248,000 nt of DNA. Source: Wallemia ichthyophaga EXF-994. Its lineage: Eukaryota > Fungi > Basidiomycota. The notes below the pieces were generated by a model. It was not told the origin of the DNA, did no database searches, and saw only the letters and a program-made list of their open reading frames with translations. Of the stretch, positions 123,023 to 136,209 are shown piece by piece (the stretch's first letter is position 1; the number at the start of each line of letters is the position of its first letter). The stretch is taken from assembly GCF_000400465.1 (NCBI RefSeq), contig NW_008806281.1, positions 20,001-268,000 of the forward strand, given 5' to 3'. The position numbers and the translations under genes were made by a program.

Positions 123023-124290
123023 CTAAAATCTAAATGGCCCCTGATTGCTCGATGATACACCCGGAGACAGCATACCGTTGTTGGTCGTGTATGGCGGTGG
123101 TGGAGACGTCGATGTATTCATCCCAAAAAACCCAGGCGACAGTCTCGGTGAGGGCATGTTAACGTTTGGAGATGTGATTGGAATGTGCATCTCCCCATCT
123201 TTGTCTGAATGCGGTTTGAATCGTTTAGGCAGCAGTCTGTCTAAAGTGCGAACTGCGAAACGAGAGCAACACCACACACCACCAATCAATGCCGTCAACC
123301 TGATGAGGAGCTTAGTGAATGACATAGTAGTTGCGTTCATTTGTAGATGAATTGGCTCGAGATCGTATCTGAAGAAAAGTCCCGGAATACCTCGCTGGTG
123401 GTTGCTGATGGTTTTAATATCCTCGCGTGCCGAGTACTGATTCGTCGAGAGAGAGTGCCCCGACGCGTCGACATACGTCGTTGGAACTACGTGCATGAAA
123501 TACTGGTATACTGGGAAATGGTTGTTTGAAATCTCGACACTTCTGTCGAGCGGCTGTGCTATGTAAGGGAAGTGCTGACCGAATGAGAATTCGTCGATAG
123601 TGTGAGAGAGGTTCATTACTGGGAAATATGTGAGTGTTTTACTTTTATGCAACAGCTCGACCAACATTTATGATCCGTGTGCTCCAGGCTGCTATAGCCA
123701 TGACCAAGAGTAGTGATATGCATGTTACCGTTGACCTTCTTGGTTTCGACGCTGCCGTAGAGTCTACATGCTGGACCATTCTTGATGGGTTTCTTGGTTT
123801 TCTTGAAACGATTACGCGTACCCGTAGGTCTGAACCACTTCCTGCCTTTCCTGCTATCCTTTACAATACGACTGAGGGTGCTCTGCTTGTCGTGGCCCAT
123901 CTGATGGTATTTCTCCGGCTCAAAGGTGGTACCATCCTTTTGTATTCTATCGCTCAGCTTCAGCCTGTCGCCTACAGCATCCCTTATGTCTACATTAAGG
124001 TAATGGCAGGGCATAGCGACTGTGAGATCGACGTTCAGTTGCATTTCTCTTTGTGTGGTGGTATCTACGCTGAATTGATATTCGTTGTGTCCATACAGCC
124101 ATTCGCCGATTTCATGAAACACAAGCAGCACTAAAGTAAATATAACAACCACTGTCGCTATCCCGCCCCGTTTCGAGCGTATCTGTGAATATGTGAGTTG
124201 TGTTGGCCGGTGATGTGTTTGCGTATACGCACCGTGTACGTCGGCTGCGTCTTGGGGAAAGCGTCAAATGTTCTCAACGGCGGCATCGAC
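123023..124290 (-). CDS. ERV41: ER-Golgi cargo cycling protein (ERGIC2)
   Basis: AMPCHYLNVDIRD, NLSHTIDEFSFG, PGLFFRYD. Confidence 0.88.
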
Positions 124291-124466
124291 ATTGCAGAGC
124301 TCATTTCAATTGATAGTCACCGTCGCGGTTCAAGGAGATAGCGGGCGCAACCAAGAATGCTACCGTTTAGCGCGTTTGATTGGAATGTTAGTTTTATTGA
124401 TAAATTTCATTTGACACGCATTCTCTCGTCTATCTTACAGCCATCTTATAGCCAAGTAGAGACGCT

Positions 124467-126142
124467 ATGGAATGGGAAGGCGAGGCTAGAATTAAAGGTC
124501 CAGAATGGCTACACAAGCCACTGCTCACATTTAGTCTTTTTGGCCTGCAGCTGGTTTGGAGCGTAGAGCTCTCAATGGCCAGCCCATATTTGCAATCCTT
124601 AGGCCTATCTAAAGCTTCTATATCTTCTGTCCTCCTAGCAGGGCCACTCAGTGGTCTAGTAATGCAGCCAACGATTGGTGCACTCGCAGACAGCACAAAG
124701 TGCAGATTCGGCAGAAGGAAGCCTTATATCATAGCTAGCGTGCTACTCAGTTCCCTGAGCATCCTCCTTCTCGGTTACAGTCGCAAAGTAGCTTCTATTT
124801 TCACCACTATCAACACTCAACCCAACGATGACCTCACTATTTACCTTGCTGTTCTTGCCGTATACCTCGTCGACTTTTCCATCAATGCAGTCCAAGCTGC
124901 CGATCGAGCACTCATCGTAGATACCCTGCCATCCTTTGAACAGGAAGGCGCAAATGCCTGGGCCAGTCGCATGATCGGTGTTGGTAGCTGCATCGGTTAC
125001 TTCATCGGCAACATCGACCTTACTAGATACCTTTCCATCTTGGGAGACACCCAGCTTGAAATTCTGTCATCACTTGTCGCTTTCTTTGTCGTGGTCACTC
125101 ATTTTCTCACGTGTTTTAGCGTGTCTGAGAGGATCCTCGTGAGAGACCAGGGCACAACCAGCATAAAGCAGGTATTCAAGACTCTCTTTACCACTAAACC
125201 ACCTCCCAGAGTACGCAAGTTGTGCATAATACAATTCTTCGCTTCAATGGGATGGTTCCCAGTCATGTTCTGGTCAACTTCTTACATTGGAGAGCTCTAT
125301 CTGGATGATAGTAGCCTGAGTGATGCTGATAGCCGGACAGCAGATGAGGCGACGCGAGTTGGTACGCGCGCCATGCTGTTTCAGGCTATCGTGTCTTTTT
125401 CAACCGCTGTCATACTCCCTACACTCATAATACCACTTGTCAAGCCCCAGGGAACTGTACAAAAGACCCGTAATACACTCTCGAAGCTCATAAAAAAGCT
125501 TTTACGGCCATCGCTATTGGATCTGTCTTCTGTGAGGGAATTGCGGCTGAAACGACACTCCAATTCTAACAATATTTGCAGATGTATACCATGTCTCACA
125601 TTGTCTTCGCGGTAGCCATCTTTAGTGCTAGCTTCTCGTCTTCTTACGTCGTTTCGTCGGCAATGGTTGCTGTTGTTGGATGCACTTGGGCGCTCGCCCA
125701 ATGGGCGCCTTTTTCTCTTCTAGGCGAGAGCATACTCTTGGATGCGAAGAATGGGGAAATAATGTACGATGCGGAAGACGTCGAAAGAGAAGTACTGTTT
125801 GATAGCAATAGTTCTAGCACCGAGCATTTGCATCCACCATTACCCCTCCAAGCCCCGCCAAACGCCATCGACGTCACTTCGTCAAGCCAAGCTGGTGTCA
125901 TGCTTGGTATACTGAACGTATCTACGGTCGTACCTCAGTTTTTGATTACTGCAATCTCGTCGTTTATCTTCTCCTTCATAGAGCCGAAGAAAAATGGTCT
126001 TGAGCATAGATCGGCTGGTGCTGATTTCGAAAACACTAATACAAGAGGTATAGGGATAATCATGCGGATAGGTGCATGCGCGGCACTCGTGGCGGCTATT
126101 TTGAGCTACAGATTTACCAAGGATAGGTTGTCTCGTAGATGA
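124467..126142 (+). CDS. SUT1/SLC45-like GPH sugar transporter
   Basis: GLQLVWSVE, AGPLSGLVMQP.IG...D...RFGRRKPY. Confidence 0.9.
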
Positions 126143-127437
126143 AGGCCATAATGAAACATGGATAAGTTGGATAATCTGTATAATTTAAGTACATTGATCA
126201 TTAAGGTATATATTGCGATGTTTCGTGCAACGTGTGTCGGTGCATTCTTCATTCTCAACTTTCAACCTCACTCTTCATACTCTCATTAATAGCGTATTCG
126301 GCAATCAAGCATAGTTCTTTGTACTGCAGCTCCTCTAAGACCTTCTTTGCTTCTGGGCTATTCGACAACTCTATCTCCTCCACCTTGTCGACCACCTTGG
126401 CTGGCTGAAGTTTAGCGTTATATACTTGCTGTAGCAGTGGATGCTTCACTCTCGCAAACCACCTGTACACAGTTCGTCAGCGTGGCGACTTTGACTTCGG
126501 ATGCAAATGAACCGACCATTTGGAATTCCAGAAATCACCTTCTCTCCTATGCACAATGGCATGCAAATAATCGAGCAACGAATCGCCTTGGTTCATTTCA
126601 GCGTAGTAGTGTGTGCTTTTTATATCGTCATTGAGCATGTGCAGTGCTGCGCAGGGGTAAGTCGGCTGTGCGAGAAATTCAAAGACCCCACTAACAAGCT
126701 TTTACATGAAAACTGGCAGCGAGTTTATCAATGTCGCCCGTTAGAGGCGGATAGTACACTTCTTGGTCGAGGTTGAGTGCCGGAAGCGGGTCGCGCTGTG
126801 ATAGTTGGTCGTATATCATTCGAACTGTTCTTGTCATTATCCTTTTTTCTCGTATTCTCGACCCGGGGAAATTAGATTTCGGTGCGATGGTTGTCGAAGT
126901 AAAAGGAAAAGTTGTGTTGACACTTGTTGCACAGTGTAAACTTTCTTATTGGCTTTTCTTTAGGCTTTGATATAAGTTTGGTTTGCTCAATTTTTGCCCA
127001 CGTAAACCTGTTCTCCTGATTGAAATTCGAAATTCCAAAAGTCCGGTTTCCTATGAGGTCATTTCTTTCTGAGAAAAGTCACGTTAATTTTTGATCAATT
127101 TTGTTTGAAGCTATGCTATTATATGCTAGTATGGCTGCTTTATCTTTTATGAGTACCCCGACACAGGTGTCTCGGCGTGACTCGGAATTAATTAAGATGA
127201 AAGATTTGAGGACTCAGACCCAGACTCAGTTCCGGAACAATTCAAAGGGCTATAAATATGAAACAATTGGTTGATTGTCTCAGAAATTGGTTTGTTGGCT
127301 TATATCAGTCTTTCTAAAACTTTGATTGGCAAGCTGATCTCTTCATCACAGCTTTATTTCGACAACTTTTCCGCAACAGCAAATTGAAGCTAACTTGAAA
127401 CAACCTAAGTAGCTCTTTCTTTAAACTGATACCTCCT

Positions 127438-127845
127438 GATGATGATGATGATGATGAGATCTGATTATATTGTTAAGACGATACATGTTAGAAACTGCGT
127501 CATCAATACTTCTTATAGCATGAGGAGTCAAAAGGGGTGCTGAAATTACTGGAAGCTTTTCTTAATTCGTAATTCGTGAATTGTTGGTGATTCTCAATTA
127601 CGCTGAATCACCGGAGTATCTTTGGTACGTAGTCAATTGCGGTTTGAAGGATTCGTACAGGGCTTGTAGAGAGCGTGAATTTCTGTGTATTGATCCTAAT
127701 TCGAACCGAGTATTGATCTTGGTAATCTTTCTTCTTAATGTGATTCTGGCCATTTTATGTCTTTTGCAGACGAAAGTTCTATGGGAGATGTTGTCCTCTG
127801 TGCCACACGCACAGCATTGAGGCAAATTGATCAGTCGGAAACGGC
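127438..127845 (-). mobile_element. 5'-truncated LINE family A copy with 12-bp TSD (CTGATACCTCCT)
   Basis: Zinc knuckle CCACGTEDNISHRTFVC, same 3' UTR, (CAT)6 tail; TSD 127426-127437 and 127846-127857. Confidence 0.92.
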
Positions 127846-127946
127846 CTGATACCTCCTTCGTCACGTATCTTAAACTATTATAAGGTCGATAATAATAACT
127901 GATAAACTTAAAATTTTACCAGCTAAGTTAGCGTAACGGTTCCACC

Positions 127947-128056
127947 GCGGCATGGGTCCGATGGTAAGATTCTATCTTAGGGTTAGTAGAAGTTGAGGCA
128001 AGCGCCTCCTTTTAATAAGCCTGATAGCGAACCGGGTTCGATTCCCGGGTGCCGCC
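127947..128056 (+). tRNA. atypical tRNA-Pro(AGG)-like gene with ~39-nt intron
   Basis: GCGGCAT/GTGCCGC, CTATC TTAGG..GATAG, CCGGGTTCGATTCCCGG, T-run; G at positions 8 and 14. Confidence 0.7.
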
Positions 128057-128924
128057 GTCTTTTTTATTTTTTTCTTTATTGAGTAACCCTAGACCTATGT
128101 GGCCTATTAGGACTGTGCGCAAGAAATTACTTTCCGATTATGTGCAAAGCCCAATGCCAGCAAATAAGCAATCAAGTCTGTTGACACGCTGCGTCATCTG
128201 TCGTTGAAGTCGAACGCGATCAAATAATATGGGCTGAGTTAACGCCAAGACCATCATCAGCCTGGGCGTAAAATGTCTCAGCCGGATATTGCAGCACAGT
128301 TGCACAATCAATAGCTTAGCTAACGCTGCATGAGTACCCTGCTCCCCACTCTCTGAAACCACTCACTTCTGTAACATGAAGATGGAACTAGATAGCGGAG
128401 TTTGGGTGTTGATAGCATTTAGTGAGCTCATATATGTTCTAACTCCAGATGGCTAAAATCAAAAATAGTAATCACAATCATTGTTTGCGTGTTTGGTATT
128501 GTCCTGGCAATGCTTCTCAAGCTGTATCTATTCAAGAAAAGTGGTGGACAGCATATTATCCCGGATGAGACAAGCACTCATGACAAAGAGATGGCAATGC
128601 ACTGTAGTGAAGATCTTCAGAATTCTACACTTATTCAAATCTTTAGAGACTTAGAATAAGTTATATTCGATGTACAAAAAGCAAAGAGTGAAGTGATGCC
128701 GGCGTGTATATCAGGAACTGTGATTAATTGATTTTGTTAGCATATGAGAGGCGTGTGTGTCATATCTGTGATTAAATCATCTCTTAAAGTATGAAGAGCC
128801 AATTTGTAGCTAGAACGGCTTCTTAGTATAAAGAAGAGTAATTTTAAGTGAAGTGAAATGACGTGGTCCGAGTGGTGTGTGTGGATGTGTGTTTATGTTT
128901 GCATTGTGGTGATTTGCAAAGCTA

Positions 128925-131005
128925 TCAATGTGCTTGCCCAATGGCACTGTCAATATAGAACCCTTGCAAACTATCTTCAATCGTCATCAGGTCGTTATCG
129001 TCAGACTCCTCGAGCTTGATATACGGTGAATGTGATTTGAACTTGTGTGAATGTAGGTCGTTAGGAGGCAGAGAATGTGGCGAGAATATTTCAGTATGAT
129101 ATAACTTGTCAGCTTCTGCACTTAGTATGTCGCCAGATGATAGCGAAATGCGCTCGTCTTGATCCGCCGAGCGCGGTGTGTGCGGTGTGTGCGGTGTGTG
129201 CGATGCATAAGCCATCCGTGGCGAGTATAGCGGGTGTACCAGCGAGTACAGCTGCTCTTCCCGCGCGGGCGGTATCGGCAATTCAATGTCCTTCGTGTCT
129301 GGTGTTTGGACGGCAGACGGAGGATTAGAATGGGAGTGGGAGTGGGAATGTAGAGAGCACGCTGCCTTTTGCAAGATCGAGACTTCATCTTCCGTGTCGA
129401 TAGTGCCAAGTGGCGTACCCAGCTCGACGACTTCTTCGCTCTCTTTTAACGAAGTGCCAGTTGGGGTTCCAAGCTCTTCGACTACATCATCTTGCTCGAT
129501 CTGTTCAAGATACCGCTCTTCCTGGGCAAATGAAGCACTCCTGTCATAGACACTCCGCATCACTCCTTCCTCCTCCCGAGGGTCTTCCGTGTGACGATGT
129601 AAATTTCCACTTTCATGTGAGTGAGTTGACGCTTTAGTTGATGAATAAGCTATCGACGTTTCGAATGAGTTTCTAGGCGTAGGTTGTTGGTTATCGTTAG
129701 CACCATAATTGAAAACACGGATAGGTTTGCGAGGGATGGAGAATTGGTCTGATTCGAAGGACATTTGGTGCCTAGGTTGCGGTCCCGAATTGAAGTGAAG
129801 AGGGAGCTGAACCTCTTCAACTGATATAATAGACTTGCATTCGGGTTGAGGGTGCTGTGGTTCGACGTGGTCTAAAGGTTGAGTGGGTTGAACAGCTTCG
129901 GTAGATTCAGTAAGTTCCTCTGTATTTTTCATACTGCGAAGAAGCGAAGAATGCCTTTTTTCAATGGATATCCCTCCACTTGTTCTTCTGCTTGCTCTCT
130001 CCCTCGCTCGTCCTCTTGATGGCAGTTGTTCACGTTCTTCGGTATTCTCTTCCTCGTGACTATCACCTAAAATCTTTGATTCACGTCTTTCTGGGGAGTA
130101 TCCTGAAGGGTCTTGAATTACATAATGTTCAGGGTTTGTTCGCGGCGTCTCAGAGTTGCCGAAGTTGCCGAGACTCTCGGCGGGAAACTGATGGGCACGA
130201 AGCATGCTAGAGTTCGAGGAAAGAGGCTGCCTTTCGGCCATAGATTCATCCTCTTCCTTGAGTGGTTCGACTGGAGAGATCGTAAGTTGGGAGTTGTGCA
130301 TATGGAACAACCACACTTACCAGTACTCAACCAAGCCTGTATAGGTTCCCAATCGTCGTGAATATCTTTCATTGGGTGCTCATTGATAGTGGGTATCTGA
130401 TCATTATCTGCAGCAACGGAGCTAAATCTTTGAGGTACGGCAAAATGAGTAGCCGGAGAAGTGGGCAGGCTGGACATGGATGGCTTCCTAAGGTTAGTCG
130501 ATGAAAAGGCCTTCCTTGGGAAATTGAATAGACTGAGCGTGTTCCTCTTCCGCACACCAGAAAATTGTGATTGAGAATGACTTGTATTTCTTTTAAGTGA
130601 TTGAATTGTATGCCAAAGAGAGGAGCTTCTCTTATCTGTTGATTTGTTTGAAGAAGAATGCTGACTTTGACTAGATTGTCGGTTTCGCAGCCGCTCTTGT
130701 TCCTGCTGCTGCTGCACGGTCAAACTCGATGCACGCGACGGCACCGGTGGTTGAGCTTCCGGCCTCACTAGCGATGACTGCCTGTTTGGTATATAAGAGG
130801 ACGGTAGTGGTACGTTGAATGTGTTTTTCGGTGGGTTTGATGTATCCTCGATGCTCTCGCTGCTCTCGCTTGGATCCCCATCCGAACCGGACGGCGGTGT
130901 GAGATCGCTGGGAGCAGGTGACGGTGTTCGCGATGCACTCTTTGGCCGTCTTGCAGATCGTTGTGGTCTCGCTGGCCTCTTCTGAGGCACCTCGAGATTG
131001 CTCAT
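128925..131005 (-). CDS. hypothetical low-complexity protein
   Basis: Two long ORFs joinable by an intron. Confidence 0.5.
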
Positions 131006-131158
131006 GGTGGAGGTGTAACTTCAAGTGGAAGGAGCGCGGAAAAACAAAGCGTTAATTTGGTCAATCAGGAACTCTGATGTTGTATATGTTAGTAGATCAT
131101 TTGGTGCTGGAGTGTAATCGCTACAAACGCGTATAACCGGTCTCTTAATCGTGCAGCC

Positions 131159-132429
131159 ATGACGCTCGGATATGCAAAGTTACAGGATGGACGGATAGAC
131201 GGTGCAGATGGTGCAGGTGGTGTGGACAGCACGCATGAGCCACCGCACACGATCCACTCCAACTGGAACAAGGCTGATGCAAATCTCGAGGAAATCACGC
131301 TGGACGATCTCAGCGAGCCAGTCGAGCCAGCGCCACTGAAGCGCTCCCTGATAGCCGGATGCGGGCCACTCGGGCGCAACTACACTCCCAGCTCCATCTA
131401 CGAGTCTGCGGCCCCCGTTGAAGCCGTCAAAGTGGCATTAGACAATGGTCGGTGGCGGCTTATAAACTGTGGAAATCGAACGCTCTCTCTTACATTGCAT
131501 ACACAGGTGTGCGTGCTTTCGATAACGCCCCTCACTACGCACCCGCCGAAGCCGTTCTCGGCCGGGCGCTTAACATCCTCGAGCCATTGCACCCGAGGCA
131601 CACATACACGCTCATCACCAAAGTCGGTCATTACGGCGATGAGGTCAATTACAGTGAGGCGCGTATTCACGAATCTCTCCGCAGATCGTTTGCATATCTC
131701 AACACGGACTACCTAGATATCGTCTACCTCCACGATGTCGAGTTCGTAGCGGAGGCGATAGCTGATATCAACGAGGCTGGTCAGCCAACAAGAGTGCTCG
131801 ACAATCTCCAAAAGTACAATTTGACTGGTGAGCCGAGGATACTGGGCAAGGGCGACGAAGAGGTGCTCAACGCCCTACGGATACTCAACGGGTATAAGAA
131901 AAAAGGCAAAATACGCAATATAGGCGTTTCCGCACTACCCTTACCAACACTGCTGCGTGTTTCTAGGTTGGCTATTAGCCACCTCGGAAAAGATTCACTG
132001 CAGTATGTCATGTCGTATGCTAATCATGGCCCTCAAGCGCTCGCTCCACCCAGCTATATCCAAACCAATTTTGAAGCATTCGAGGGGCTGTTTGATGACA
132101 GTATCTCTCTCGTCACTGCTAGTCCGTTCGCTATGGGCTTGCTCACTCCTCAAGGCCCCCCAGACTGGCATCCTGCGCCAGATGGTCTCAAAGATACTGC
132201 AAAACGCACAGTGAAAGCGTTGGGCCAGGAGGCTAGCAAAGCTGCGGCGAGCTTCTCTATGCGCAAATATACAACTGTCAGCGGTTGGCAGAATGCAGAT
132301 GAGGTAAAACAGGGTCTGGAGGCGTACCATGACTCAAAAGCCAGCGAAAGTGACTTGGAGAGAAAGCTCGTTGATGCCTTCATAAAGTCTGGATGGAGTG
132401 GCTATGTTTGGAGTAGCGGAAGGGTGTAG
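131159..132429 (+). CDS. aldo-keto reductase (ARA2-like)
   Basis: FDNAPHYA.AE, ITKVG, YLDIVYLHDVE, IGVSALP. Confidence 0.88.
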
Positions 132430-132541
132430 CTGTAGTGAATAGAATTTATAGAATACTGAGAGTGTACCTAGACAATGATATGAAATAGCGAGCTTAATTG
132501 TTTTGATGAAGTTTCTAAAACAAAACGATTGCAAAAATATT

Positions 132542-132614
132542 AGCCCCACGCGGGGCTCGAACCCGCAGCCTTGTGATTAAGAGTCACACGCTCTACCGAT
132601 TGAGCTAGCAAGGC
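132542..132614 (-). tRNA. tRNA-Lys(CTT)
   Basis: Identical to other copies. Confidence 0.97.
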
Positions 132615-133692
132615 TGTTAATAGCGTTCTCAACAATTTACAATATAATCTTAATTTGTGCAAAAGCAAAGATGTCACAAGGCATCAAATTTTGACATTAT
132701 AGACGTCAAAATCACACAATAATAGACAAGTTCGACAAAATTTCTACTTTGATGCTTTAGTGAGTAAAAACGAGTAATAGTTGCAAATATGACGGTTATC
132801 TCATCAAAACAACAAAAAGAGGCATTCTGCAGTATCTTTGAAAGTATAAGTGCTCTTCTGTAGCTGAAATATGCTGCTTAGTGTAATAAAAGCTCTATGA
132901 GCATAGTAATAACCTTCCAATAACAGTTTGAACTCAGTCGATTTTCGAGGAGATGACATATTCAAGAGTGTTCTTAAAGTCATACAAAAATATCATTAAA
133001 GCAACACGATACTGTCTCAATGAACCCAAGACTGATTTAAAAGTTCATGATATTGATGTGTTAACGCCTCAAATACCCAAGAAAATAATGGGTACCTGTG
133101 ACGCAAAAAAATGATTGAAATTCCAAATTGCTTGTTGTATCTACCACTACTTCACTTGTAGCACTTTTAGTCACCGATCTGAATCACCTCTGCACGTGCA
133201 TCAATGATATCACGAGAGTCATAATATCAGAGTGAAGACTTAGTGATTCAAGCCATGCTAGGTTCAAGAAAAGGAAAACCTTAGATTGCTTAATTTATCA
133301 TCAAATTCTTCCTATAAACGTGTTCAATGGGTTAGGTGTTGTTTAGCGCTCTGCAATGGTTACAATGGTTTTGGCATGTCTCAGAGATAGACATTTGAAA
133401 AAGAGAAATACACACTCCTAAAACCCTGAGAGGCACAAATTCTTAAAATTGGCCTTATATTCTGTAAATTGCCGATACATGCTTTTGTACCTGAGTCGTG
133501 CAGCGAGCGATTCACAAGGCGTTTTGTGCCAAATAATTGAGCCGCACCAATTTATCACAGGTATCTCGACAGGGGGACGTAAAGCATAATAAATAAAGAA
133601 AGAACAAAAGAGTGAAACGTGAGAGTGAGTGAAGGGTATAGACAATTCTCGTAAACAGAAATATCGTTATTAAGCTCAAGTAGCAGATAAGA

Positions 133693-134772
133693 CTAACTAG
133701 CAGAATCGATCGACTGCCTCCTCTCAGAGGCTGTGATGAAACTAGCAGCAGTGGTAGCAATAGTAGTAGAGCTCTTCTTATAATTAGAAGCAGGATTATT
133801 GTAAACTAAATCAGGACTGCGGATAGGATTGAGCGGACTAGTGCCAATGTTGTAGCTACGGAGAGATTGAGTGGTGTTTGAATCGAAACTTTCTCGGCGA
133901 CTGTTAGGTGCCAGAGCTCTAGTGGAGAATTCGTCGTCATCGAGTTTGAGTGAGGAGTGCAGGCTAGATTTAGTGATAGAATTTGAGTTGTCATTGTGGT
134001 AAATTCTTCCAGCGTTTGAAGAAGCGAGAGTCATGATTGAAGCGTCGTCATTAGGGGGAGAGAGAGGACGTGGATTGTTGTGTAGTTGAGGACGTGTGTA
134101 CGTGGGAGGGGTGTTGTAAGAGATCTGGGCGTTGTGAGAGTTGTAAGAGGAGTTCGGATTAAAATGAGGAGAAGACGGAGAAGCCTGGGCGATTTGAGCG
134201 ACTTGATGAGATTCTAAAGAGGATCTATCGTGTGGATCGATGGATAGCAGAGTAGTTGGCTTAGTACTGGCTTTAGAAATAAAAGTATTCGATTCGTTGT
134301 CGTCGTCGTCGTTGTCTGGATGATCGGTGTTAAGAGTGGAATGAGAATGAGTATCTGGATCGCTGTCAATGGAGTTGGAAGTGAAGCTGATGGACTTCTT
134401 GCTATTGAGGGGTTTTAAGCTTGCGTCATCGTCTGCGCCGTTGTGTGGGCCGATTGAAGATTCTGGGTAATTTGATCGCTTGATAGTGGAGAATGAGGTG
134501 TGGTTGACGACGCCATTGAGAGTGGACCTGCGCTTAGAAGATGGCTTTGGCGTATCGTGTAGCTCGTAATCGTAAGCAAAACCGGGGGCAGGGGGAACAT
134601 TAGTGGAAGAGCGTCTACCAAGGCGTTTACTCAGCCAATTGATGATTGGCTTCCGATCTTTCTTTTTAGTGGCTGAGATTGGAGTGGTGGTGGGTGTTGT
134701 GTGTGGTTGTTGCTGTTGCTGTTGTTGTTGCTGCTCTCTCTCCTCAGAAGATCTCATGACTGTGAGCTGCAA
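133693..134772 (-). CDS. hypothetical S-rich protein
   Basis: 359-aa ORF with DDASIMTLASS motif. Confidence 0.6.
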   Translation of the reverse strand: MQLTVMRSSEEREQQQQQQQQQPHTTPTTTPISATKKKDRKPIINWLSKRLGRRSSTNVPPAPGFAYDYELHDTPKPSSKRRSTLNGVVNHTSFSTIKRSNYPESSIGPHNGADDDASLKPLNSKKSISFTSNSIDSDPDTHSHSTLNTDHPDNDDDDNESNTFISKASTKPTTLLSIDPHDRSSLESHQVAQIAQASPSSPHFNPNSSYNSHNAQISYNTPPTYTRPQLHNNPRPLSPPNDDASIMTLASSNAGRIYHNDNSNSITKSSLHSSLKLDDDEFSTRALAPNSRRESFDSNTTQSLRSYNIGTSPLNPIRSPDLVYNNPASNYKKSSTTIATTAASFITASERRQSIDSAS

Positions 134773-135312
134773 ACAAGTTCAAGTGACGTGAGCCATTCAA
134801 CATGAAAGATACAAGAAGGAATTTATTTAATTCCCTAAAACACCCTTTTAACCTCAATAAACATTTCCTTGCAAATCTACGTGGGTTGCTGTGAGCCTGT
134901 GTATTCTGCCCGCCGTCTCACCCACCTTACACCTCCCGCCAGTACCTTGCCTCCTCGCGTCTGTTTTGCAACTCAGCCAATTGATGATTGGCTTCCGATC
135001 TTTCTTTTTAGTGGCTGAGATTGGAGTGGTGGTGGGTGTTGTGTGTGGTTGTTGCTGTTGCTGTTGTTGTTGCTGCTCTCTCTCCTCAGAAGATCTCATG
135101 ACTGTGAGCTGCAAACAAGTTCAAGTGACGTGAGCCATTCAACATGAAAGATACAAGAAGGAATTTATTTAATTCCCTAAAACACCCTTTTAACCTCAAT
135201 AAACATTTCCTTGCAAATCTACGTGGGTTGCTGTGAGCCTGTGTATTCTGCCCGCCGTCTCACCCACCTTACACCTCCCGCCAGTACCTTGCTTCATCGC
135301 GTCTGTTTTGCA
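134629..135312. repeat. 342-bp direct tandem duplication
   Basis: 134629-134970 and 134971-135312 near-identical. Confidence 0.93.
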
Positions 135313-135477
135313 CAGGTAAGCGTGATTACAAGGTACACAACTATATTCCACTGGTTTCGTTTTGCAGATGAGGCATATAATTGGTGTGTTTGGAGTGTTT
135401 GGAGTACCTGGAGTATCTATAGTACCCTGAGTACCTCGAATATCGTTAATATTACTCGTTTTACTCGTATTGCTCAT
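135180..135477 (-). CDS. small RING-type protein
   Basis: CLICK...CVPCNH.YLC...RCK|ICK after splicing. Confidence 0.7.
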
Positions 135478-135510
135478 CGCTGTTTCTAATCTTGAACAAG
135501 AACCACCATC

Positions 135511-136110
135511 ATGACCTCAATAAACAACGCCATCCACTCAATCAAATCCCCGCTTTTAAAATCATTCCTTCTCTCTGAATCTAATTTCTGGTTTGTGGCA
135601 CAGAAATCCCAGCATCTCCTGCCGCCATCAACGACCCTCGAACAAGCGCAATCTGATCCTCGCGCTTTGAGACCTTCGCCGTTTCAATTCAGAAAGTCCA
135701 AGCTCACCGGTAAATGGCAGCCCCCGCGTTACTCGAGGAGACAGCAGGCTGACCTCATCAAGGCTGCCAGAGCTGAAGGCGTGATGCACCTACTTCCAAC
135801 TTCAGTCAAGGACGCTGTCACCGATGCTGTTTCCGTTGAGAAACCCTTTAATTGGCAGGAGAAGGCCATGTTTGATGTCCTCCCAAGGGCTCCTAGAGCC
135901 GTTGCAGAGAAGAAGTTTAAGGGTAGTCTCTGGCACAGGAAGCAGCCAGCCAGACAAGCAGCAATCCATGAAAATCTACAGAACATGTCCCAAAAGATCG
136001 ATTTCTGGAACAAGGTGCGCTGTTCTCTCTCTTTGTTCTGTCTTCTTGCTTACTCTCTACAAAGGAAAAGGAACAGCGCAAACAGAAACACACTCCGCCA
136101 CTACCTTTCT
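135511..136110 (+). CDS. MRPL25: mitochondrial ribosomal protein mL59
   Basis: KWQPPRYSRRQQADLIKAA; FKG..W.R. Confidence 0.8.
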
Positions 136111-136209
136111 AGATTCATTTGTTTCACACTTTATACATTACTCTTTATCGCATTCGTTTTCTTTCCCTCCTTGCCCTCTTCTTGCTCCTCTCCTTACTCT
136201 CCATTCTCC

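Noticed and set aside
132615-133420. AT-rich gap upstream of tRNA-Lys 132542 as an element
   Set aside because: No recognisable ORF motif, tail or TSD
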